Under the pieces are notes generated by a model. The model ran no database searches. It worked only from the letters and a program-made list of their open reading frames with translations, and was not told the DNA's origin. A program made the translations under genes and the position numbers. From Escherichia phage mobillu, in sequence record MN850622.1: a stretch of DNA of 64,000 bases. One strand, given 5' to 3'. Positions 16,760-25,518 of the stretch are shown in pieces (position 1 is the first letter of the stretch; each line of letters begins with the position of its first letter).

Positions 16760-18573
16760 CAATTGAAAAAGAAATTGAAGGATTGATTCATAAAACTAAT
16801 AAAGACCTTTTAAACGAGAATGCTAATAAAGATTCTCGTGTTTTTCCAACTCAACGGGACCTTATGGCCGGTATTGTGTCTAAACACATTGCCAAAAATA
16901 TGGTCCCGTCTTTTATTATGAAAGCGCATGAAAGCGGAATTATTCATTTCCACGATATTGATTATTCCCCTGCTCTTCCATTTACTAATTGCTGTTTAGT
17001 AGATTTAAAAGGAATGCTTGAAAACGGATTTAAGCTAGGTAATGCACAGATTGAAACTCCTAAATCAATTGGCGTTGCTACTGCAATTATGGCACAAATT
17101 ACTGCACAAGTTGCTTCCCATCAATACGGCGGAACGACTTTTGCTAATGTAGATAAAGTACTTTCTTCTTATGTTAAACGCACCTATGCAAAACATATTG
17201 AGGATGCAGAAAAATGGCAAATCGCTGATGCGTTGAATTATGCTCAATCTAAAACAGAAAAAGACGTATACGATGCATTCCAAGCTTATGAATATGAAGT
17301 AAATACTCTCTTTAGTTCAAACGGACAAACTCCTTTTGTAACAATTACATTTGGTACGGGAACTGACTGGACTGAACGAATGATTCAGAAAGCAATTCTG
17401 AAAAATCGTATTAAAGGTCTTGGTCGTGATGGAATAACTCCTATTTTCCCTAAGCTTGTTATGTTCGTTGAAGAAGGCGTTAATCTTTATAAAGACGATC
17501 CGAACTATGATATTAAGCAGCTTGCTCTAGAGTGTGCAAGCAAAAGAATGTATCCTGACATTATTTCGGTTAAGAATAATAAAGCTATTACCGGTTCTTC
17601 AGTTCCTGTTTCTCCAATGGGTTGCCGTAGTTTCTTGAGCGTATGGAAAGATTCAACCGGTAATGAAATTCTTGATGGTCGCAATAATCTTGGTGTTGTA
17701 ACATTGAATCTTCCTCGTATCGCGTTAGATTCTTATATTGGAACACAGTTCAATGAACAGAAATTTGTTGAGCTATTTAATGAACGAATGGATCTGTGTT
17801 TTGAAGCCTTGATGTGTAGAATTAGTTCCTTAAAAGGAGTTAAAGCAACTGTTGCTCCTATTCTTTACCAAGAAGGTGCATTAGGGGTTCGTCTTAAACC
17901 TGATGACGATATAATTGAGTTATTTAAAAACGGTAGAAGTTCAGTGTCTTTGGGATACATTGGTATTCACGAATTGAATATTCTTGTCGGTCGTGATATT
18001 GGGCAAGAAATTTTAACTAAAATGAATGCTCATCTTAAACAGTGGACTGAAAGAACCGGATTTGCTTTTAGTTTATATTCGACTCCTGCTGAAAACCTTT
18101 GTTATCGCTTCTGTAAACTTGATACAGAAAAATATGGAAGTGTAAAGGATGTCACTGATAAAGGCTGGTACACTAATAGTTTCCATGTTTCAGTAGAAGA
18201 AAATATTACTCCGTTTGAAAAGATTTCTCGTGAAGCGCCATATCATTTCATTGCGACAGGTGGTCACATTTCTTATGTTGAACTTCCTGATATGAAAAAT
18301 AACTTAAAGGGTCTTGAGGCCGTGTGGGATTATGCTGCACAACATTTAGATTATTTTGGTGTTAATATGCCAGTGGATAAATGTTTTACATGCGGAAGTA
18401 CTCATGAAATGACTCCCACTGAAAACGGATTTGTTTGTTCAGTTTGTGGAGAAAGTGATCCTAAAAAGATGAACACCATAAGAAGAACATGCGGTTATTT
18501 GGGAAATCCGAACGAACGAGGATTTAATCTCGGTAAAAATAAAGAAATCATGCATAGGGTTAAACACCAATGA
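16756..18573 (+). CDS. nrdD: anaerobic ribonucleoside-triphosphate reductase
   Basis: 605 aa; C-terminal zinc site C..C..C..C and glycyl-radical motif RRTCGYLG; uninterrupted reading frame. Confidence 0.95.
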   Translation: MTIEKEIEGLIHKTNKDLLNENANKDSRVFPTQRDLMAGIVSKHIAKNMVPSFIMKAHESGIIHFHDIDYSPALPFTNCCLVDLKGMLENGFKLGNAQIETPKSIGVATAIMAQITAQVASHQYGGTTFANVDKVLSSYVKRTYAKHIEDAEKWQIADALNYAQSKTEKDVYDAFQAYEYEVNTLFSSNGQTPFVTITFGTGTDWTERMIQKAILKNRIKGLGRDGITPIFPKLVMFVEEGVNLYKDDPNYDIKQLALECASKRMYPDIISVKNNKAITGSSVPVSPMGCRSFLSVWKDSTGNEILDGRNNLGVVTLNLPRIALDSYIGTQFNEQKFVELFNERMDLCFEALMCRISSLKGVKATVAPILYQEGALGVRLKPDDDIIELFKNGRSSVSLGYIGIHELNILVGRDIGQEILTKMNAHLKQWTERTGFAFSLYSTPAENLCYRFCKLDTEKYGSVKDVTDKGWYTNSFHVSVEENITPFEKISREAPYHFIATGGHISYVELPDMKNNLKGLEAVWDYAAQHLDYFGVNMPVDKCFTCGSTHEMTPTENGFVCSVCGESDPKKMNTIRRTCGYLGNPNERGFNLGKNKEIMHRVKHQ

Positions 18574-19040
18574 ATTATGATAGATTTTATCCTTGCGATT
18601 TTGTGAATGGCCCTGGTTGCAGGGTCGTTCTTTTCGTTACAGGTTGTTTGCATAAATGTGAAGGGTGTTATAATAAATCAACATGGAATGCTAGAAATGG
18701 TATTCCATTCACTGGTGAAACACTAGAACAATTAATTGAATGTTTGAATAATGATTATATAGAAGGATTGACTATAACCGGAGGAGACCCTCTCTATCCT
18801 GACAACCGAGATGTTATTCATTGCATTGCTCAAACAGTAAAAAATCTTTATCCCAATAAAAGCATTTGGTTGTGGACAGGATATAAGTTTGAAGATATTA
18901 AACAGCTAGAAATGCTTAAATATGTTGATGTTATTATTGATGGGAAGTATGAGAAAAATCTTCCGACCAAAAAACTGTGGCGAGGATCAGATAATCAGCG
19001 ACTTTGGTCAAATACCGATGGGGTGTGGAAACATGATTAA
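18570..19040 (+). CDS. nrdG: anaerobic RNR activating protein (radical SAM)
   Basis: 156 aa; CLHKCEGC radical-SAM cluster motif; ATGA coupling with nrdD. Confidence 0.9.
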   Translation: MNYDRFYPCDFVNGPGCRVVLFVTGCLHKCEGCYNKSTWNARNGIPFTGETLEQLIECLNNDYIEGLTITGGDPLYPDNRDVIHCIAQTVKNLYPNKSIWLWTGYKFEDIKQLEMLKYVDVIIDGKYEKNLPTKKLWRGSDNQRLWSNTDGVWKHD

Positions 19041-19150
19041 ATTGAATTACATTATGGATACTATAAATGATATGATTTTTCGTTTTGGTCCAGAATTTTA
19101 TTCGCAATATAGTTTAATGATTATCAATGCTTAGTTAATTAAGGGTAAAT

Positions 19151-19366
19151 ATGTACAAATTTCGTAAAGGTTTAGCTGATTTTCTTACAACTGTAACGTT
19201 CTTTTTGTTTATGGCAGTTGGAGCTATTTTTCTTATTCCTTTTACTGGTGTATTTTTCGTGATTAGTTTAATTTCTCCAGAAAAGGGTTTATCCTCCAGC
19301 GAATTCAATGAACGTTTGGACAAAATTACTAATAAACTGAATTCTGTTCTTGATAAAAAGGCTTAA
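19151..19366 (+). CDS. hypothetical membrane protein
   Basis: Two hydrophobic helices. Confidence 0.5.
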   Translation: MYKFRKGLADFLTTVTFFLFMAVGAIFLIPFTGVFFVISLISPEKGLSSSEFNERLDKITNKLNSVLDKKA

Positions 19367-19368
19367 TT

Positions 19369-19686
19369 ATGATTAGTTTTGAGCGGTATGTAGTAGAGAG
19401 TTGGAATGGTTTTGATATGTTCGGTAATGACTATTATTTCTATGAATGTAGTCTGAACCCAAGCTTCTGGGCTGGACGTGAACAAGACCTCGAAGAAATC
19501 AACGCTCGTGCCGATTTGTTAGGTGAACTGCCTACGGTTTATTTTACCTTTGATGAATCCGGCTTCGTTATCCAGGTTTATTTTCCTGAAGAAAACTCTG
19601 GTGAGGATTCTGTTAATCCTCCTTATTGGGCTTACCAAGGAATTATTTCTCGTGGAACAAAACTCGAACTTAAAGAACAAGATTGA
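19369..19686 (+). CDS. hypothetical acidic protein
   Basis: ORF 105 aa. Confidence 0.5.
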   Translation: MISFERYVVESWNGFDMFGNDYYFYECSLNPSFWAGREQDLEEINARADLLGELPTVYFTFDESGFVIQVYFPEENSGEDSVNPPYWAYQGIISRGTKLELKEQD

Positions 19687-19975
19687 AATTTATGGCATCC
19701 CTGAAGAAGTTGGACGTTGTCCAGGATGTTATACTGTTACAAAACTTTTAAAGGAGCTCAATGCTCCTTATACATTTTATAAAGTCCTCACTAATAATGG
19801 TAAGATTGAATATGACCGTCCTTTAATCGTATCTCTTGCTAAACGTGCAGGATTCACTTCACTTAATATTCGTTATCCTGTCATATTTTTAAATGATAAG
19901 AAACAAAAGAATATTGCAGAGTTTAAAAAGTCCTTGATTTCATTAGGATATGACTCTGATATCATAGAAGATTGA
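19652..19975 (+). CDS. nrdH: glutaredoxin-like protein (NrdH-like)
   Basis: Glutaredoxin fold signature KIEIYG...CPGC; no in-frame ATG near the domain, so start tentatively at GTG 19652; ORF-track 19523 start would overlap upstream gene by 164 nt. Confidence 0.55.
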   Translation: MEQNSNLKNKIEIYGIPEEVGRCPGCYTVTKLLKELNAPYTFYKVLTNNGKIEYDRPLIVSLAKRAGFTSLNIRYPVIFLNDKKQKNIAEFKKSLISLGYDSDIIED

Positions 19976-20084
19976 CCAGGTGCCGCCTGGTCTTCTTTAT
20001 CTCATTTCTAATATAATCCATTGGAATCTTCACTTCACTATCTCCTTGTGCCCCTCTCAAATCAAAAAATATTTTCATAAAACA

Positions 20085-20115
20085 GTTTACATCCTCAATA
20101 AATGTGTTAAGATTA
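20085..20115 (+). promoter_or_regulatory. candidate early promoter
   Basis: GTTTAC 20085-20090, TG-TTAAGAT 16 nt downstream. Confidence 0.4.
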
Positions 20116-20141
20116 AACCATCTACTATAGAGGAAAATAAA

Positions 20142-20324
20142 ATGACAATTGAAGATAAAGAAATTAAGGTTGACCAGTACTATTCTGTCAATGGTAATGC
20201 AGTACAGATAACCAGAGTTTCAAGCCTGGATGTTTGGTACCGTTCAATCAAATATCCAGAAATTGGCGAAATGCTTTGTGACCGTGGTATCTTCTGTTCA
20301 ATTGCGAAGGAAATTAAGCTATGA
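20142..20324 (+). CDS. hypothetical small protein
   Basis: ORF 19980..20324, start placed at ATG 20142 after AGAGGAAAA. Confidence 0.5.
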   Translation: MTIEDKEIKVDQYYSVNGNAVQITRVSSLDVWYRSIKYPEIGEMLCDRGIFCSIAKEIKL

Positions 20325-20569
20325 TTAGTTTAGATTCAAAGAAAGTTGTTCTAACCCTTAAAGTTAATGACGAGCGACCGGTATTCGTTACCATTTCCGA
20401 TTTGCATGTTGAAATTGCTAATGGCGTCCGTACTTATCAAACGTCTAAAACACATTGGGACTATATCCCGATGTTGACGCTTACTCAGCGTTTAGAATCA
20501 ATCGGTCTTAAAGACCTTTCAGTAAGTGAAGTGAATTTTATCAAACGCATTGTATCAATCAACCTCTGA
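20321..20569 (+). CDS. hypothetical protein
   Basis: ORF 82 aa, ATGA overlap. Confidence 0.5.
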   Translation: MISLDSKKVVLTLKVNDERPVFVTISDLHVEIANGVRTYQTSKTHWDYIPMLTLTQRLESIGLKDLSVSEVNFIKRIVSINL

Positions 20570-20576
20570 GGTACTT

Positions 20577-20870
20577 ATGGGTAAAACGTATCGTCGTAAA
20601 GATTTGAAAGTTCGTGATTATGACTATTTTGGTAAACGTAAAGCTCCTGACGGTGTTAGCCACAAAGACATGGTTGAAAACATTTTCCGCTCAGATAAAT
20701 GGAAACGTATGAAAGGCGTTGATTCCGAAGTCAAGAATGAAATGAATCGACAACTCCGCAAAGAAGTTCGTAAGTTGAAAAAAGATGTTTACAGTAAAGA
20801 AGATTATGATTATAATACTTCTCATACTGAAGCCAAACGTAAAGCTAACGAATGTTATCGTTACAGTTGA
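20577..20870 (+). CDS. hypothetical basic protein
   Basis: ORF 20550..20870, start at ATG 20577 after GAGG. Confidence 0.5.
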   Translation: MGKTYRRKDLKVRDYDYFGKRKAPDGVSHKDMVENIFRSDKWKRMKGVDSEVKNEMNRQLRKEVRKLKKDVYSKEDYDYNTSHTEAKRKANECYRYS

Positions 20871-20877
20871 GGAAATT

Positions 20878-21012
20878 ATGAATATCAAACGAATGCTTTT
20901 TAAGCAGGGATTATATACTTTAAATGTTAATCCAAAGGGTGATACAACTAAATGGTCCGTAAATGACTGGATTAAGTTCATCGATGAAAATGGGGCCTGG
21001 AACACAAAATGA
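20878..21012 (+). CDS. hypothetical small protein (44 aa)
   Basis: ORF 20785..21012, start at ATG 20878 after GAGGAAA. Confidence 0.35.
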   Translation: MNIKRMLFKQGLYTLNVNPKGDTTKWSVNDWIKFIDENGAWNTK

Positions 21013-21209
21013 ATCCTGAATCTATGTTATCGCAAAAGCTTCGTGAAGAACGTGCCGAATTCTTTGCCAATATGAAACTCAACGGCGTTGAGGATGAAGA
21101 CTTCTTACGCTGGTTCTGGATTTACAAATACAAAGAATGCCAGCACGCTGTACTACTGACTTGTGCAGTTATGTACGAAGGCTGGAAAGGCGCTAAAAAG
21201 TTCGGTTAA
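21009..21209 (+). CDS. hypothetical protein
   Basis: ORF 66 aa, ATGA overlap. Confidence 0.5.
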   Translation: MNPESMLSQKLREERAEFFANMKLNGVEDEDFLRWFWIYKYKECQHAVLLTCAVMYEGWKGAKKFG

Positions 21210-21272
21210 TAATGTACAACGATAGGAAGACATGTTATTATCTTCCTATCGTCTTAAAATGAGGAAAATATC

Positions 21273-21512
21273 ATGGCCCAAGAATTAGATTTTATCAAAT
21301 TCAAAAAACACCTCGACGTTAAAATTGGGGATTCAATTGTTAGGATTGAGTATGACATTTTAACAGATGCTATTACTATTAGTTGTGATGGAAATAGTTT
21401 CAGCTTCGATACAACCGAAAACAAATACCCAATCTATAAAGGCATCTTTGATATGGGTGTTGATATTACTCCACGTGATACAAATTACTTACTTTTCATG
21501 CTTAAAAAATAG
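21273..21512 (+). CDS. hypothetical protein
   Basis: ORF 79 aa with RBS GAGGAAAA. Confidence 0.5.
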   Translation: MAQELDFIKFKKHLDVKIGDSIVRIEYDILTDAITISCDGNSFSFDTTENKYPIYKGIFDMGVDITPRDTNYLLFMLKK

Positions 21513-21578
21513 TATACAAACTCTTGAGAGATGAGTATAATTCTCTCGTTGGATAATAAAATAACCGAGGAAAATAAT

Positions 21579-21911
21579 ATGTCTACTAAAATCAAAAACG
21601 TAGTTAATTCTTTCGCTTTCGATAAAGTTGTTGCTCTTCTGGAATCTGGCAATATTGTTACTCCTCAAGTTCTTGACGCATGGGAATTCCGTCTTTATGA
21701 AATCATGCAAAAACACAACCAGAAAATTGGACGTAATTCTATTCGTGAAATTCTAGTGCAATATATTCTTTCTGAATTTGACGTTGCTGCGTTTGGTGTT
21801 GAATCTAAAGCTTATCAGAAACATGAAATCTCTGAAAAGACTATCCGTCGTATGAAAAATCAACGTAAGAAAAAATTCGTTGACCTGAAAATTGTTAAGG
21901 CGGCAAAATGA
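21579..21911 (+). CDS. hypothetical protein
   Basis: ORF 21531..21911, start at ATG 21579 after GAGGAAAA. Confidence 0.5.
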   Translation: MSTKIKNVVNSFAFDKVVALLESGNIVTPQVLDAWEFRLYEIMQKHNQKIGRNSIREILVQYILSEFDVAAFGVESKAYQKHEISEKTIRRMKNQRKKKFVDLKIVKAAK

Positions 21912-22135
21912 GTGTATTAACAGAAACTTTGATTAATGACCTGCGTCTAGCTGGTTACGAAGTTGGTACAAATAGCCTAGGTCTTCCTCAGATTGAAGGT
22001 CCTGGATTTATTCTAGAATACGAATTCAAACAATGGTGGTTATATGCTACGGTTGACGATGCGTTGAATATTGATTTCGTTGACCAATTTGATTCGCTGG
22101 ATGCTGCTCTTGAAGCAGCAAAGGAACTAGAATGA
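21908..22135 (+). CDS. hypothetical acidic protein
   Basis: ORF 75 aa, ATGA overlap. Confidence 0.5.
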   Translation: MSVLTETLINDLRLAGYEVGTNSLGLPQIEGPGFILEYEFKQWWLYATVDDALNIDFVDQFDSLDAALEAAKELE

Positions 22136-22401
22136 AATTAACTCGAATCAGTATAACTGAAGAAAAGCTGGGCGAATTTTATGTTGACGAATACATGAAA
22201 GTCACGTATTTTCCATTCGTTAAAGGTGTTGGTTTTTGGGAAACTCATGTATCTCAATTAAACGAAGGCGACTATAACGAAACACATGAGAACTTTTTAG
22301 ATTTTCTTTATAATGCCGGTCTTACTGAGCTTTATATCGATATCCATGAGTTCAAACGTTTAATGGAAAAAGTGTTTCAGGCTTATTGTTTGCTCCGATA
22401 G
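22132..22401 (+). CDS. hypothetical protein
   Basis: ORF 89 aa, ATGA overlap. Confidence 0.5.
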   Translation: MKLTRISITEEKLGEFYVDEYMKVTYFPFVKGVGFWETHVSQLNEGDYNETHENFLDFLYNAGLTELYIDIHEFKRLMEKVFQAYCLLR

Positions 22402-22409
22402 TATCTCGT

Positions 22410-22452
22410 GCTTTAAGATAGGTCTCTAAATATTATGATATAATAGACCTAT
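22410..22452 (+). promoter_or_regulatory. candidate promoter with inverted repeat upstream of gene 55
   Basis: GCTTTAA, TATAAT 22439-22444; inverted repeat AGGTCT/AGACCT. Confidence 0.4.
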
Positions 22453-22473
22453 GAATTGAGCCAAGAGGTACTT

Positions 22474-23031
22474 ATGACTGAACAAAAACCTAAAAATAAC
22501 TATGTGAATAATAAAGAGCTTCTCGCCGCTATAATCGAGTGGAAAAAGGAGCTCTTAAATAATAAAGACCCAAACAAAATTATTCGTCAGAATGATACCA
22601 TCGGTTTAGCAATTATGCTTATCGCCGAAGGCCTGTCCAAACGTTTCAACTTTTCAGGATATACCCAGTCTTGGAAGCAGGAGATGATTGCAGATGGGAT
22701 TGAAGCCTCTATTAAGGGACTTCATAATTTCGACGAAACTAAGTACAATAACCCACATGCATACATAACTCGAGCTTGTTTTAATGCTTTTGTCCAACGT
22801 ATCAAAAAAGAACGTAAGGAAGTTGCAAAGAAATATAGTTACTTCGTTCATAATGTCTACGACAGTCATGACGATGATATGGTAGCGTTGGTAGATGAAA
22901 CGTTTATTCAAGACATCTACGATAAAATGACGCATTATGAAGAATCCGCTTATAAAGCTCCTGGGGCTGAAAAGAAGGAAGTTGTTAGCGATTCGCCTAG
23001 TTTGGATTTTTTATATGAGGATGACAATTGA
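22474..23031 (+). CDS. 55: late-transcription sigma factor gp55
   Basis: 185 aa from ATG 22474; ..[13 protein letters not shown]...[53 protein letters not shown] matches T4 gp55 as I recall it. Confidence 0.9.
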   Translation: MTEQKPKNNYVNNKELLAAIIEWKKELLNNKDPNKIIRQNDTIGLAIMLIAEGLSKRFNFSGYTQSWKQEMIADGIEASIKGLHNFDETKYNNPHAYITRACFNAFVQRIKKERKEVAKKYSYFVHNVYDSHDDDMVALVDETFIQDIYDKMTHYEESAYKAPGAEKKEVVSDSPSLDFLYEDDN

Positions 23032-23230
23032 CATCTCTAACTACTTAGAAGAACCTTTTGACGAAGCAATCCCTTATTTGGTAAAACTGTTGGGTCGAGA
23101 ATTTAAAATTAATTTTGACATCGACCCTTTGAACCCACATGACGTGTCATTTTCGATAAATGGGACCCCAGTTGAATATGAGTTCTGTATTGAAGAGGAT
23201 GGGCGTTTTTATTTTAATTTAATGAGATAA
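23021..23230 (+). CDS. hypothetical small protein
   Basis: ORF 22937..23230, start placed at ATG 23021 (or 23015), overlapping gene 55 end. Confidence 0.4.
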   Translation: MTIDISNYLEEPFDEAIPYLVKLLGREFKINFDIDPLNPHDVSFSINGTPVEYEFCIEEDGRFYFNLMR

Positions 23231-23231
23231 T

Positions 23232-23555
23232 ATGACTACCGAGATTATTGAAAATAAAGAAGCAGAAGATGCAGTAGCTAAAATGCTACAAGAAATCCAA
23301 AAGAAAAATGAAGCTGAAGCACGTAAAAAATCTGAAAAGATTCTTAAAAAGAATCGTTTTGAACTAAACCGTCTTTATGCTCATGCTCAAGAAGCAGCAA
23401 TTCAAAACAACTTCGAAGCTTATGAATATGCTATTAAGAAATCTCGGGATATTCTACGACAACCATATAATGACAAGTTAATTAAAATCCAGTGGATTAC
23501 TACTCGTCAGGCTATTGAGGACATCATTAATGGCGCTAGTTCAAACAAAGTTTAA
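23232..23555 (+). CDS. hypothetical protein (coiled-coil, Lys/Glu-rich)
   Basis: ORF 107 aa. Confidence 0.5.
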   Translation: MTTEIIENKEAEDAVAKMLQEIQKKNEAEARKKSEKILKKNRFELNRLYAHAQEAAIQNNFEAYEYAIKKSRDILRQPYNDKLIKIQWITTRQAIEDIINGASSNKV

Positions 23556-23736
23556 ACGTCTGAAGCTGAACGCAGGGTTCACCATTAAATTGGGTGGTCC
23601 TCTTTGTGTTAAAATTTCCGAAAAGGAATATCACGACGGTTCTATTACAGAAATTTGTCCGCCTATTGTAAAGGCAGACCCAAAACAACTCGTGTGGGTT
23701 GATTCATTCCAAGTTAAGAAATGGTGGAAACGATGA
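23530..23736 (+). CDS. hypothetical small protein
   Basis: ORF 23515..23736, start placed at ATG 23530. Confidence 0.35.
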   Translation: MALVQTKFKRLKLNAGFTIKLGGPLCVKISEKEYHDGSITEICPPIVKADPKQLVWVDSFQVKKWWKR

Positions 23737-23775
23737 GAGAAATCGATTTAGGCATTTTCTGAGAGGTGCTTATGC

Positions 23776-23949
23776 ATGACGAACATCCCGACTTCTGAAA
23801 ATTTTGATAAAATCCGTAAAGGCAAAGCAGAAAGAATGAGACGTTTTAAAGAGTCTTATGATAAAGCTAAAGCCGAAGGAACTATTACGTACAAGCCCAT
23901 TCGATTTAAAAGTTCAAATGAGCCTCTGTACGGTGTACTATGTGGATAG
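23776..23949 (+). CDS. hypothetical basic small protein (57 aa)
   Basis: ATG 23776 with GAGAGG upstream; ends immediately before the terminator; below ORF-track cutoff. Confidence 0.4.
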   Translation: MTNIPTSENFDKIRKGKAERMRRFKESYDKAKAEGTITYKPIRFKSSNEPLYGVLCG

Positions 23950-23972
23950 GAACTCTTCGGAGTTCCTTTTTT
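23949..23972 (+). terminator. rho-independent terminator
   Basis: GGAACTC-TTCG-GAGTTCC followed by TTTTTT. Confidence 0.7.
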
Positions 23973-24018
23973 GCTTTATAAACGGATGATAGAATGAATT
24001 AACTAATGAGGAAATAAT

Positions 24019-25038
24019 ATGAAAATTTTGCACTTAGGCGACTTCCATATCGGAGTCAAACAAGACGACCCATGGGTTCAAGATATTCAACGTGATGGTA
24101 TTCAACAAGCAATTGAATACTCTAAGAAACACGGGATTAAAACTTGGATTCAGTACGGTGATTGGTTTGACGTCCGTAAAGCAATAACACATCGTACAAT
24201 GGAATTCAATCGTGAAATCGTTGATATGATTTCTAAAGCAGGCATTCACGTTCATGTCACGATAGGAAACCATGACATGGCGTTTAAGAATACAATAACA
24301 CCTAACACTGTTTCTGAATTGTTAACTCAATTTGAAAACTTTACTATTTACGAACATCCAACTACTGTAGATTTTGACGGATGTCTGATTGATATCGTTC
24401 CATGGATGTGTGAAGAAAATACAGGTGAAATCTTAGAGCACATCAAGACTTCTTCCGCCGCGTATTGTGTTGGGCACTGGGAATTAAATGGCTTTTATTT
24501 CTATAAAGGAATGAAGTCTCATGGGCTTGAACCTGATTTCTTAAAGACCTATAAACAAGTCTGGTCTGGCCACTTCCACACAATCTCTGAAGCTGCTAAC
24601 GTCAAATATATTGGGACACCATGGACCCTTACTGCAGGCGATGAGAACGACCCGCGCGGATTCTGGGTATTTGACACTGATGTTGAACGTATGGAATTTA
24701 TTCCTAATGAAACAACATGGCATCGACGAATCACTTATCCGTTTAAAGGCAAAATTAATTATTCTGATTATACTAATCTAGCCGTACGTGTTATAGTATC
24801 AGAAATTGATTCAGAGTTGACTAAGTTTGAATCTGAACTTGAAAAAGTAGTTCACTCTCTTCGTATGGTTTCTAAAGTTGATAACAGTGTTGAATCTGAT
24901 GACGACCAGGAAATCGAGATTAAATCACTTCAAGATATCATTAAAGAATATATTGACGCGATTCCAGATATCTCAGACGAAGACAGAGAAGCGCTGGTCA
25001 AATATTCCAACGAACTTTATATTGAGGCAACACAATGA
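24019..25038 (+). CDS. 47: recombination nuclease subunit gp47 (Mre11-like)
   Basis: 339 aa; phosphoesterase motifs LHLGDFH, GDWFD, GNHD, GHWE, GHFH; matches T4 gp47 as I recall it. Confidence 0.9.
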   Translation: MKILHLGDFHIGVKQDDPWVQDIQRDGIQQAIEYSKKHGIKTWIQYGDWFDVRKAITHRTMEFNREIVDMISKAGIHVHVTIGNHDMAFKNTITPNTVSELLTQFENFTIYEHPTTVDFDGCLIDIVPWMCEENTGEILEHIKTSSAAYCVGHWELNGFYFYKGMKSHGLEPDFLKTYKQVWSGHFHTISEAANVKYIGTPWTLTAGDENDPRGFWVFDTDVERMEFIPNETTWHRRITYPFKGKINYSDYTNLAVRVIVSEIDSELTKFESELEKVVHSLRMVSKVDNSVESDDDQEIEIKSLQDIIKEYIDAIPDISDEDREALVKYSNELYIEATQ

Positions 25039-25292
25039 CTTTAGATGAATTTAACAATGCTGGTCTCAGGCTTGAAGTTGAAATGGACGTTAAAGACGAT
25101 GATGGATTCGAGGACACTATCAAGTATTGGATTGAGCCATTACGCGTTGAAGGCAATGAAGTTAAAGCAGTTCATGTCTGCACCGACTGGGCTATTGAAT
25201 TTAGCTTTAATATAATGGACAACGATACTCCCGGCTCTATTCTTAAAATGGCTGAAGCGTGTATTGAGGATGCGTATAATGACGAAGACTGA
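25035..25292 (+). CDS. hypothetical acidic protein
   Basis: ORF 85 aa, ATGA overlap with gene 47. Confidence 0.5.
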   Translation: MTLDEFNNAGLRLEVEMDVKDDDGFEDTIKYWIEPLRVEGNEVKAVHVCTDWAIEFSFNIMDNDTPGSILKMAEACIEDAYNDED

Positions 25293-25518
25293 TTATGAAA
25301 TCCATCGTCATGAATTTAGTATTGGTGACGGTTATATTGGTATCGTTGAATGGACTGAGAATTACGAGGAATCAACTCCTCGTTTCTTTGGAACAATGTA
25401 TGTTACCTGTGAGTACGCACCAGGTGTTGTTATGTATGCAGAACTAGATGAATATTTTGCTGATAGAGATGGCATGTTAAAATATGTAGAGGACTTCATT
25501 CGAAGAGAATACATATGA
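25279..25518 (+). CDS. hypothetical protein
   Basis: ORF 25264..25518 begins with TTG in the track; ATG 25279 (or 25270) preferred. Confidence 0.45.
   Translation: MTKTDYEIHRHEFSIGDGYIGIVEWTENYEESTPRFFGTMYVTCEYAPGVVMYAELDEYFADRDGMLKYVEDFIRREYI

Noticed and set aside
19523-19651. Long N-terminal extension of the glutaredoxin-like ORF
   Set aside because: Would overlap the upstream gene by 164 nt in another frame and encodes a low-complexity hydrophobic stretch; GTG 19652 preferred.
23970-23995. TATAAAC element upstream of gene 47 as a late promoter
   Set aside because: Does not match TATAAATA exactly and gene 47 is an early/middle gene; not listed as a feature.
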